This document shows positions 12,901-24,080 of a stretch of DNA of 64,000 nucleotides, piece by piece. How positions within the stretch are numbered: position 1 is the stretch's first letter; the number at the start of each line of letters is the position of its first letter. The DNA is from Intoshia linei (lineage: Eukaryota > Animalia > Orthonectida). A program made the translations under genes and the position numbers. The stretch is from positions 17,581 through 81,580 of the forward strand of contig LWCA01000021.1 in NCBI GenBank assembly GCA_001642005.1, read 5' to 3'. Under the pieces are notes generated by a model. The model saw only the letters and a program-made list of their open reading frames with translations. It was not told the origin of the DNA and ran no database searches.

Positions 12901-14603
12901 GGTGAATCAACTAAAATCCCAAATCATGAATCACAGTTGATCAAAGAGATTTACCAAATCACAGTAAATATTTTAATGAAAATTTTCATTCAGTATTTGC
13001 CAGGGCATTGAAAAATTATATTATTCTATGAAATTAATTTTTTTACTGTGATTCACTGTTTAGTGAGACCCAATCATATCTTTTACATTTTACCAAAAAA
13101 ATTAAGCTTGAAAACGTATTATTGTATGATATAACGAACATTTACTGGTTCAATTACTAAATCTCGACTTAATAATTCCTTACAAAATTATCAAATTTCT
13201 ATTAAAAATAACCTCACAGATTCTAAAAAGAAAGATATTAAAATTATGTTAATCAAAATGGACAATGAGTAAAGAATTTTATCATTTATACATATAAATT
13301 GATAAAAATGTTAAATGTTAACAGTTTCTATAGAATAATATTCTATTTGCAATTTTTTCAAATCAAATAGTTAGACAGATTGTTCCATTAGTAAAATTTA
13401 AGTTCTGAAAAACCCTTATATTTTTATTTTTATCGTACAAAACTTTTCAATATACTTTAACAAATATTAGCAAACTAAATTGTATAATTAAATTTCAATA
13501 TAAAAATATTTTAGGTAATATAGTACTTTTAAACGAGTTATTATTATTGCAACATAATTTAATAGTTACAGCGTCTATAGTTATAATGTTAGCGTCTAAA
13601 TTAATAGAAGTAGAATTTATTTTATCTAAACATAACGTTATTTTTTATAAAACTAACTTTTAATTTATTGAATTAACCGTTAATTTAACACTGCCTCAAC
13701 AAAGCTTGATTAACCTGAGCTGGTCGTCCCCTTATTCTTTTGACATTCAATGGGAGAGCTTTCGACTCTAGAGGTACAATACACCCATCAATTCTTAATC
13801 GTATTTCTATACAGATAGAATGTTTACACATTTAATTTTTACCCCAAAAGGGACATGTACGTCGTACACTTCGAAAACTTCCAATTTTCACGATCCAGCG
13901 ATATTTTCCAAACAGAATTTAAACGTTTTCTCATATTATAAAAATTTTCAAAACTGTTTAATTCATTTTGTTTTTGTACCCATTGATACGCATCTGTCCA
14001 GTTTTTAGTACTTAATGTCGGGTCTGTCACATACAATTTTGGATTTGGATTGGAAGAATTTCGAGAAACTGACCATGTATGTATAAAATTTACTTAAAAA
14101 TGCTAATACACAAAAAACGGCTTATGAGAAATGTTGATTTGTGGTGATGCACAGAAATTTATAAATTGATTCAAACGTTTCAAATATTAAAATTAGATGA
14201 CACAATAATTATATTACACGCTTAAGTATTAAATTAGACGACCACAGTACTTATTAAATAATGTTAAATTAATTAAATTATGCGTTATAAATATTAAATT
14301 AGACGCTGAAACTATTAAAGTAGTCGGTGCATTAAATAGTATCCCTTTTAAACTTTAAATTCGATTTATGCAAAACTATGTTTATGCAAATAGAACATTA
14401 TAACTAACACTGCGAAATAAAGTCTTTAAATTAATTTCAATAACATACCCCACAAATAAATTAGCTGGTTTTTTATCGGTTTCTTTTTCCGTATCATCCT
14501 CAATTTCCGGTTTAATTTGAATTATATCTTTGTCTTGTGCATTTTCTTTCATTTGCGGGCTTTCTACTTTCATATTATTTAATTCATCCGCTTTTTCGAC
14601 CAT
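9924..14603 (-). CDS. CCDC12: CCDC12/Cwf18-like spliceosomal coiled-coil protein (divergent), 4 exons, about 168 aa
   Basis: Exons 14603-14449 (acidic/lysine-rich, phase 2), 12022-11943 (KIKFRNYKP), 10228-~10037 (WDIKKCLKKKLDKLEKRTQKSI) and ~9997-9924 join in phase. FRNY-P and WD-K----KL-KL-KRTQ are Cwf18 signatures. Assignment of the first exon is by phase and length only. Confidence 0.75.
10549..10950. mobile_element. Tc1/mariner (pogo/Tigger-like) MITE in CCDC12 intron
   Basis: Inverted termini AGTCAAAATCTCATTTAACGAA / TTCGTTAAATGAGATTTAGACTG followed by TA. Related TA-CAGT ends occur at ~10465 and ~10967. Confidence 0.65.
12247..12503. mobile_element. Degenerate hAT-type MITE
   Basis: CAGGGGTTATCAAC ... 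GTTGACTATCCCAG inverted termini; TSD poorly preserved. Confidence 0.55.
12778..13071. mobile_element. MITE with ~24-bp TIRs and internal GTGAATCACA repeats (MULE-like 9-bp TSD)
   Basis: CGGTCACACTAAACAGTGAATCACA / TGTGATTCACTGTTTAGTGAGACCC; flanks AATCATATT / AATCATATC; about 7 internal copies of GTGAATC(ACA). Confidence 0.75.
13535..14345 (-). mobile_element. Internally deleted Mutator-like (MULE) transposon carrying a decayed SWIM-finger transposase C-terminus
   Basis: Degenerate long TIRs (TTTAATAGTT[A/T]CAGCGTCTA at both ends) and a perfect (C)TTTTAAAC duplication on both flanks. The minus strand encodes ...PTLSTKNWTDAYQW...SKCT...CKHSICI...VPLESKALPLNVKRIRGRPAQVNQALLRQ with frameshifts, resembling invertebrate MULE SWIM plus KRKRGRP tails. 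Confidence 0.8.
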
Positions 14604-14952
14604 AATAAATAGATATAAATTTTATAATAATAATATAACTTTATTAATTTCATGTGTTATTTGTATTCGTGGAGAAATGTTTTTTACTTTATTTTTGAAA
14701 AATAAAAGATAAAGTCTTGGATTATTTAAAAAAGTCTTAATCAATAGAGACTTTCCAATTAACACCATATGTATATTATCTATTTCATACGCATTAGTTA
14801 CAAATATATAAATGTTAACAAATGTGAAATTTTACTACGCGCATATTTAATATCAATCCTACAATTTCCAAAAAAATGAGGATTGAAACTTATATATTTG
14901 AAATACAGAAATCTGAGTTTCAGTTTCATAAGTTGATTTTATCTATTTTTAC

Positions 14953-17178
14953 CTGATTTCTACGCATTGGCAAAAATTTAGCTGAAAATATAAATGTAAT
15001 TATAATAAATTCTCGTTTTAGACTAAAATTTAGTACAAACCGATTTTAAATTTTTTGAAAATGAATACATGTGTATTTAAGAATGAAAAATTGCATAAAA
15101 GAGAAAAAAAATCTAAAGGAATGAATTTATAAGATTTCCACCCATATCTCTTTATTCAAAATGTGTAGACGTTCAATGCACATTTTTTTTAAAGATACAT
15201 ACTTTTTCATGTATAGTACTAATCCAAACATTTGAAAAATTTTGGTTGATAATGTATTAAAAATTATTTTTCACTTGTAATGCATAGATTTCTGGAGTTG
15301 AAATTTTGTATTTATATCAAGAGAATTTATATCACGCGAATAAGCTGTATCAGATATATAATAATCTTTTTTTAATAATAAAAAATAATTTTTTTTTAAT
15401 TGTAGGACCGTTAATTATTTCAAATTTATTGTTTTAATCTCGATTTTAATTAATTTTAAAATAATTTCGAAAAAAATGAATACTAAAGTAGTTTTTTGAT
15501 CGTGAATGCGTCAGTTTGTCAGATTGAAATTTTTTGTCTGTTAACTGGATATAACCATAATATAGTGGTCATGTTTCGAGCGAGACTGTAGTAATATTTG
15601 ATATTACAAATTCTTACTGAAATTAGTACTGAAATAATGACATAAAATTTAAAATCAAAAAAATTCAATCGAAATGTCTGATATACATTTTGTCGAATTT
15701 TAATTTAGTTAAAATAAAAAAAAATCAATTTTATTTTTTATTTATACTAACTCGAAGATATTGACATTTCAGTTGGGTACAATATAGCCAAATACATTTT
15801 GACACAATTAGTTTGTAGAATTCTTTAGTTTAATATCAATTATTTACATACAAATTATAAAATAACTAAATATCCTGATCAATCTAGATTTAATCTATGT
15901 ATTATGTATATAGATCTGATCGATAGGCTTTTAGTGCAGATCAGTGTTTATCAACTTATTGGAAAAAAGTTTTTCAGTACAAAATAAATCTGATGTAACT
16001 GGCTAATAAGTGAAATGGTATAAAACTCGATTACAATTTTTCGGTGGGCGGTGGTTCATAACACTGGTCCATTTGTAATATAAAAATGATATTAACAAAG
16101 TTTTTATAGTTTCGTTGTTTAGTTTCTTATTTATATTTGAATGTTAATAAAAATTTTGTGAAAATGAAAATTTAAAAATTGCGAAGGAATGAATTATATA
16201 GATTTTCACCCATATGTTTTTATTGGAAATATGTAGACGTACAATGCACATTTTTTGAAAATTGTAGGATCAATATTTACATTTTCAATTTTTAATATTT
16301 CAATTTTTTGTTTTAAAAAAATATTTCGGAAAAAAATATATGAATACTAAAATGCTTTTTTGACCGTGAAGTCGTCACTTATTCGGATTGAAATTTTCTG
16401 TGTGTGTTAACAGGATACAACTGTAAAACTTGTAAATTTTTTGAAATTTTAAGGCTGTTTTCATTAAAAAAAGAAAGGTAATTTGTGGTTTTGGCCCTGA
16501 AGATATAATTTTTTTAAATTTAAATTTATGGTAGTGTTTATGATTTTAAAATTCGTATCAGCGTATATATTTTTTTAAATTTTCCAACTCGTTTGATTTT
16601 CAAAAAGAGGGACAACTGGGGTTTTTGACCCGTAAGATGTGGAATTGGGAGGTTGAAATTTATTTATTACACGTCCCGAAAAAAAATGTAATTAAAATGT
16701 GGTCTTTAAAAAATTCTAAGACGGGTAGTTATTTAAATAAAGCATAACACACACAAACAAAAATCGCGTAGCATATTATAATTAGGATATTTACATATTA
16801 CACACCATTTACATTTTTGTAGTTAGATTTGCATTTTTAAATTTACATTGAAAATTAGTTCTATACCTTGAAATACATATTGTACTACATTTTTGTTAAG
16901 AAAATTAAAAATTTGTCTATTTTTCGATAAAGATTTCGCAGATTGCAATAAATTCTCTTATACCCTTTGTAAGATCCACTAATCTACTTTAATTCAATTG
17001 AGAAATGTACTATAACTAACCGAACTGATTCCACATCTTGTCTTTTCACTTCTTCGTATCTAATCCAGGTGTGTGATACCCTTACAATTTCTACAGTTTA
17101 CAGTTTTTTAACCAAAAAAATTGTTCTAACTGTGAAATTTTTTTTAAAACATGTTTTCGTTTTGAGTAACTTGTGGAC
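14953..17178 (-). CDS. Putative unannotated small multi-exon gene of unknown function (internal exons only)
   Basis: Four candidate exons (~17178-17150, 17080-17021, 16983-16867, 14981-14953) have AG/GT borders and matching phases, giving a stop-free VHKLLKNENMVSHTWIRYEEVKRQDVESVRLVDLTKGIREFIAICEILSKNRQIFNFLNKNVVQYVFQAKFLPMRRNQ. Start and stop not found; no family recognised. Confidence 0.4.
15050..15590 (-). mobile_element. Helitron-like dispersed repeat, internal fragment
   Basis: Shares blocks (TGTAGACGTxCAATGCACA, AAATTTTGTATTTATATCAA, GGACCGTTAATTATTT) with copies at 16.2, 18.8, 19.3, 28.4 and 57.6 kb. Confidence 0.6.
16150..16787 (-). mobile_element. Non-autonomous Helitron-like element, 5' portion
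   Basis: Minus strand begins A|TCCTAATTATAATATGCTACGCGATTTTTGTTTGTGTGTG (5'-TC after A, then a GT microsatellite), with no TIR or TSD; closely similar to copies at 57.6-58.2 and 63.6-64 kb. Confidence 0.65.
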
Positions 17179-18239
17179 CTAAGTTGAAAAAACTGCTTTA
17201 AGAATTTATTATTTTAGTTTTAAAGAATATATGAAATTTATTTGCCCCCATTTTCATAATAAATTTTATATTTACAACTGTTAATAAAACAAACAATATA
17301 GCATAAAGCAAACATTCTCAAATAGAATTTTTCAAAATGGTTTATTTCCCATTGTATTAATGTTAAAATAAATATATCGATAAAGGTAATTTATAATACA
17401 GGGTATTTAAACTAGATATCATTGTCCGTAAACAATTTGGATGATTTATCAAATTTTGTTTATATACGGTATTTTAATTAATGTTGGAATGTTATCTCTA
17501 ACATGTAATGTTTTAACATGTTTATTTTTTAATTTATATTTTGTTAAGTTTTAAAAGTGATTTGTCACTTATACATGACCTTAAGTTAAGACTATGTAGC
17601 ATTTAAGCAGTTTTTAATGGTGTCATTAAACACACAATACATGAAAATGTGTGCAATATTTGATGTAAATTGAGGAATGTAAACAGATAGTATTCTAATA
17701 GTTTCTTTGGCTAATTTTTTGAAATGTCAAGATTCTAGATGGATCAATGTAACCGTGAGATCAAAGCAACGTTCTGGATAAAAGAGGTAGTAAATTTGAA
17801 ACGTACATCAATGTTGACATAAGTTTGATTAAAGGCAAATATTTTCAATTTTATTTTTTATATATATATTTTTTATCAAAAAAGAGTTTTCTTCGTTTAG
17901 AATTCGAATATGAATATAAAATCTTGACAATTATTCTTTCGTAATTAAAACACAATACATAATAATTGATAATTATTGTCGCTGAATTTACCATTAAATA
18001 ACTGTTGGTTTTCAACACTTCTATATATGTACCGAAAATTGAGTTATTTATAAGGTTTAATACTTAAAGAAGGATAGAGAAACCGCTGCCGACTCAAGAT
18101 TTTAGAAAATTGTGTTAAATATTGATTAATAAATAATTAAAATCTATATTTTTGTTTATAATAGTGGTTCCCGATTAAAATAGTGTACGGACCTAATTTC
18201 AAAATATTTATATTTTTGACCCCAAAGGCAACATTCAAT

Positions 18240-19450
18240 AAAAAACATTTATGAAAAAATTAAAGGTTTTTCTCTTAAGATTTGTTAAAATCGTGTTTTT
18301 CGATAAAATTTTGGAGAAAGAGAATTTTTTGATTATGGTTTAAAATTCCAATTGAATTTTTTATTTCGGGTTTTAAACTAGAAGTTGTTGCTCATAAGAT
18401 TTGGTAAAATCTGATTATTCAAAAAAATATTGGAAAAAGAGGATATTTCCCTTAAGCGTTAGTATAATTGCATTTTTATTTTAAGGTTGGAATAAGAGGT
18501 TTTGTCTCATTAAATTTGGTAAAGTCGTGTTTTTCAAAAAAATATTGGAAAGAGAGGATTTTGTATTTTTGATGGTTGATTAAGTCGATTTTTCCCTGAG
18601 ATTTTTTATTTGGTTTTATTTATTAAATGGTATTTTTTATGGTGTGATAAAATAGCATTTTTGAAATAATAATGTAGCGGTCGTCTAGAATTTTAAACTT
18701 TAACGTTAAATTTTAAACAAAATTTTTTGATAATCAAAAATTGCGTAGCAATGAAAAAAATTCCGGAGGAATAAATTATATAGATTTTCACCCCTATTTC
18801 CGTATTGGAAATTTGTAGACGTACAATGCACTTTTTTTTGAAATTGTAGGATCAATATTTACATTTTCAATTTTTATTTTAATTAAAATATTTGAAAAAT
18901 ATTGGTTGATAATAAATTAAACATTATTTTTCACCTGGAATGCGTCCATTTCTAATGTTAAAATTTTGTATTTATATCAACTGGAATAAGCTCTATCAGA
19001 CTAATTTTTTATTTAAAATCAATTTAAAATCAAAGATTATTATAAATTGCAAACCCACAAAAAATTATTTTCACGATCAAAACAACAGATTACTCTTTTT
19101 TTAAAAAATGAAAACAGTCCTAGAATTTAAAAAAAATTACAGCTGATACAGATATATCTAGTTAATTCACACAAAAAATTTCAATCTGACAGTGACTCAT
19201 TCGCGATCAAAAAAGCACTTTAGTGTTCATTTTTTTATTTCTAACTATTTTATTAATACAAAAAAATTGAAATAATTAACGGTCCTACTAATTAAAAAAA
19301 TATATTCTGATACAGCTTATTCCAGTTGATTTAAATACAAAATTTTACCCCAATCTACGCATTCCCGCTGAAAAATAACTTTTCAAATTTTTGGGTTAAA
19401 ATTAAAAATTAAAAATGTAAATATTCATCCTACAAATGTGCATTGAAAGT
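18240..19450. repeat. Minisatellite-like array (~57-nt degenerate unit) followed by two inverted copies of the Helitron-like family
   Basis: 18250-18660: recurring TAAGATTTGGTAAAATC..TTTTTC..AAAATATTGGAAAAGAGAGGA units (also at 3.93, 22.72 and 58.65 kb). Segment ~18810-19000 is the reverse complement of ~19307-19450. Confidence 0.7.
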
Positions 19451-21536
19451 CGCAATCAAGGTTGTGTTTGTAAATGGTAATTTTTATAAGTATCAATCAT
19501 TATGAATGTTATTGTGTCAAACTTTGTTTCATGTTGCGGTAGGAGAGCAATAATTTATACAGATATTTTAATGATGCATATGTAACACTATTGTCTGTGT
19601 GATACATCGACATAAAGTAAGATAATATAAATAATTATAACCTAACCACATGACCTATATTATATGCGACTTAAGATTAACCACGCCCGTTATTGTGACC
19701 ATAAAACTATTATATTCTTTCCACATTGCCTTGAGCGGTAATTTTAATTAATGTTATTACTTGTTTTTTATATAAATTTGATACATTTACATTACACGTA
19801 TATTTCCATACATTTTAAAAATTGTTATTAAATTTGCTAATTGTTAATAATGTCTAGTTTATAGTTTTTTATTAACTTTTTTGTTGTAAGAATTGTAAAT
19901 GAATTTTGTTAAAAAAATTTTCTCAAACTTTTTTTAATTCTCAAGTTATGAAATACAGATATGTAACGAGTTACTTACAATATTAATTAAAAATTAATTT
20001 TACATTTTTTTTTGGTTAGAATAAATGATAAAAATAAATATCCATGAATTAAATATTACAATAAAGTGACCGTCTGAGAATTAATCAAGTGGATAAATTG
20101 TATATAATATGTTGTCACATTATCATTTAAATTGAAAATAATCGACTTGAATACAATTCGCATGAGACAAAATAAATCTTTGTTATAATGGCCAACAATT
20201 CCATGTTAATCTGACTTGCTATTATATATCGTAAATTGTAAATTGCTATACATGTGTAATTATTGCAATTATATTGATTAAAGTTGAGTCATAATAATTT
20301 ACAAAAAAGTTATAATTAAAATTTTTAAGATTGGAATTCAAGTGTTCATTTAATTTTGTTTGAAATTAGAGAAATTAGTCAGTGACATGATACATCTGCG
20401 AAGAATATTAATTTTTTGATTATCAGTTAGTTTTTATAGCCGGCTGTTTCATTGTAGTCAACTTTTACATTTTCGCACGCTAACTCGTATAAATCAGGTG
20501 GTAGTTGTCGCGCCGTGAATTTAAAAATTAATTTAAACATACGTGTATAAAATTTCTGTTTTAATGTTCATTGACAATATACATAATTCGACGGCGCAGC
20601 CTGACCGCGGTTCATAGATATCACCCAAAATTTAACAACATAAAACATTTTATTTTCATTATACATATTTTGATGAGACTGCCACGCGTGTGAGAGGTGG
20701 TATTGTAGACCTAATAAAAAATTGCTTATGCACAAAAACATTGGAAACTAAATTTCACATTTAAAGCTGCATCTCAAAAGCAATTTTCATATTTTCACAT
20801 TTTCAAATTTAAAAATTTCCAATTACCAAAATATCAAATGAAATTTCATTAAAGTTAACAGGTTTTTAATTTTGTATAAGATTATCCATAAGTAAAGATC
20901 ATGTGATCACTGGTAAGTGAATCTTATTTGAAGGTGTTATAAATGTCAAAATCCTTACTTATATAAAATGTAATATTTGTTTATCTATTTATTACGTTTC
21001 CGCAAAAACTGATAATCGCACTAATCGTAAAAATAACAAATGTAGGATGTGTCATTTACAGTATAAGTCAGGGTCTCATTTTGAGTTGCAAGTTTCAATT
21101 AAATGCGACTAATAAATTGACACACAAAATTCACATAATATTATCAAAGTTTGACCTTTTGGATAACTATTTTGTCATCACAGACTTTGAAAAATAAGTT
21201 TCCGACACCAATCTATCTAATACAATAATACACCATTATTATTTCATAATTGTGATCCATAGTTGCTTTAATTTCAAAACGATTGAATTAAATTATTATT
21301 ATTTGAATTGAAATTGAATTATTATTAGTTGATATAAACGAAACCAAACACAAATACTTTATATAATATTTAGCGATATTTGTGATCTCAAGTTAAAAAT
21401 AAATTGAAAAGAACTGTTTCTGAATCAAAAAATGTATATACAAATTTATGAGTATCGGGATTTGCTACCCAGCATGGATGGCATGATTTTAGTTAGAAAG
21501 CTTATTAAAAATATTTATTTCACTATTTAATCCCAT

Positions 21537-21764
21537 ATGACTGATTTTCTAATTGGGAGTATGGTAAGAATTGCGGCACATTTCATACTTGTGAAAATTA
21601 AGGTCGCAGATTTTATGACTGAATTAGGGTGGATGAAATGGGAAAAATATAATATTATTAACAATACTGTTTGTAATATAAAATTAATTATTATTGTATT
21701 GAGCTTGGCTTCCATTAGAAATTCAGTTGAAATCATCTCAAATAAATCAATCATAATTGTATAA
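21537..21764 (+). pseudogene. Possible decayed 3' fragment of a non-LTR retrotransposon ORF2
   Basis: RIAAHFI...VADFMTELGWMKWE resembles the 'AARF...V..ML..LGW..L' C-terminal motif of CR1/L2-type RT proteins; no RT core present. Confidence 0.25.
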
Positions 21765-23600
21765 AAAATAAATGAATTTTTAAGTGGCTAATTTAATAAT
21801 ATTAAATCAAGAGAAACAATTTGTAAGTTATTTAACTTAATTAAGTATAAATAAAAATTTGCAGCCCTACGTTTTTAAATCCCGAAAATGTATATTTTTA
21901 TTTTCTAGTGGTCCCTCGGGCATATGTTTAACGTTGGAAACTCTGATTTAGCCAACTCATAATTAGTGTTGAATAGTCTATTGTAGAGATACAATTAGAA
22001 CCGGAAATATATCAAATATTGGCAGATGTAATTTCACTTGTAAATTACATAAAACCTAAACATTACCATCAAATATGGTTGAAGATCTGTTTAATGAAAG
22101 TTTTGTTTTGGTGTTTTCATTTTTTAATATTTATATCCGTAACTTAATTAATTTATATAATTTATTTAAACTTTGAATTTAAACAGTAAAAACTAAGTGT
22201 TCGTAAAAACGAACATTGCCCGTTAAGGTAGAGTTTATTTTTCAAAATACAATTTTATTATTTTTATGTTGGAAATGCATGAAATGAGTCATAATTATAA
22301 ACCGGTCTGTTTTCTGTGTCCGGGCTTAGAGGGAAAATTATTTTAGCAGGGTTTTATGGAAATTGTAAAGATTTTAAAAAGGTTTAAAGGTGCGGGAACA
22401 ATAAAATAACTTTTATTTAATTTTAATTTAGTTTTAAAACAATGTCTTTCAACCACATCTATCTTGAAATTACCATCAGAGTCGAACCTATCACATTCGA
22501 GCCACGAAAATTATAAATTAGGGATTTATACAGTCCCATCCAGAGCCGAATCGACCATACCCGACACCCTATTCGTGAATTAACGAAATGTATGTTTCTA
22601 TCAAATTATATTTTTGAATATCATGATTCAGGACTATTTTATGTGTCAAATTTAAACCATCAAATCCAGATTTGTGAAACGGTGGTTAGAGCTACATGTA
22701 TATGGTATATTTGCATTTATATTTGCAAAATCCGAATTTTCAAAAAAATATATGAAAAAGAGGATATTTCCATTAAGTATTAGTAAAATTGGACTTTTTA
22801 TTTTGGTGTTTGTGAAATCCGATTTTTTATTACATTTTATTAATAATTTAGCATTATTATAAATAAAAGTGGGATTTTTGAAATAATAATAGCGGTCGTT
22901 TAGTAATTGGAATAAATTCCCAAGATCTGGCAACTGTAGTAAATACTAAAAATTTTTTATATTTTATTTATGTCTCACGAACCCCAGTTATATAGTTTTG
23001 GACCACGAAGGGGTCCATTAACCACCAATCTGGAACCACTGATCTAAGATGATGTTGGTATGGTAGGTTCGGTTCTGAACTCTTCGGTCCAGGGTTATTA
23101 GGTTGATAATGAATGCTCTAAATCAGGGGTTCCCAAACCCATTTTGTCTATCGCCTTCCTTTTTAGCAATATATTTTATCAACGCCCCCCTAAAAAAAAT
23201 TTCGACTACGTCGTATATATATTCAAAAATTTATTCAATAAATAACAAAATTTTTTTTTAATTCAACACAAATTTGATTTTTGTGTATTTTTTTGATGTC
23301 ACAAATCGATATTTAATAATTAAAAAATATATTATATGTTAATTAAAAAATAAATATTTATTACTGTCACTGTCTATATCAGTGGATGCCAAACTTTCTA
23401 TAAAGGGGTAATAATATAATAGATTTCAAATAGAATTCGTAAAAAATACATTTTAGTCTCTTACACTCAAAACAATCAAAAATATATAATACTACAATAT
23501 AATAAAAAAATAAAAAAAAATTTTTATCAAATGAAGAGTTTTCAAATAGTTTTCAAATAGTTTTTTTTAGTAATTTTTTCAAATAGACCATAACATGGAG

Positions 23601-24080
23601 CAGGGATGCCCAACCTGTCGATAATCTAGATGATTTTCTAGTCGATCGCCGAAATTAAAAAATTAGAATTCATTATTTATTTTAATAATACTCGTCATTA
23701 AATGATTTCTATTTTAAAACAATTTATTTTAATATTTATAAAATATAATTTTATTTATATATTGTTAAAAAGTAGTTCATTATATGTGGAGTGGTATCGG
23801 AACTTTACTTTTTTAACCGCTTAACTAGCAATATTATTAAATGATATACTTGCTACATTAAATTATAACATTTAGATTAATCACTATTTCTTATACTAGG
23901 TTTCACCGATGTTTCAAATATACAGCGAAAGTGTTTCGAATTATCCGAATTTTAATTTTTATGTTTTCTACGATTATACTTTTTAATTTTTAACATAAGT
24001 TCCGAATCGTAACTTCCGATTAGAATCATTTTTCTAGTCAATGTATTAGTCGATCGCATCAAAAAGAGTTGGGCACTCTG
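23601..24080. mobile_element. hAT-type MITE
   Basis: CAGGGATGCCCAAC ... GTTGGGCACTCTG; flanks ACATGGAG / ACATAGAA; subterminal GTCGATCGC motifs at both ends. Further hAT ends lie at 23124 and ~23380. Confidence 0.7.

Noticed and set aside
18250-18660. Periodic repeat that could be mistaken for a CRISPR array
   Set aside because: Units are degenerate over their whole length with no unique spacers, there are no cas genes, and the context is a eukaryotic TE.
20670-20712. TGATGAG plus hairpin as a hammerhead ribozyme core
   Set aside because: Lacks the C of CUGAUGA and the GAAA after stem II.
24063-24080. AAGAGTTGGGCACTCTG resembling vertebrate telomerase RNA P6.1
   Set aside because: It is the right TIR of the hAT MITE starting at 23601.
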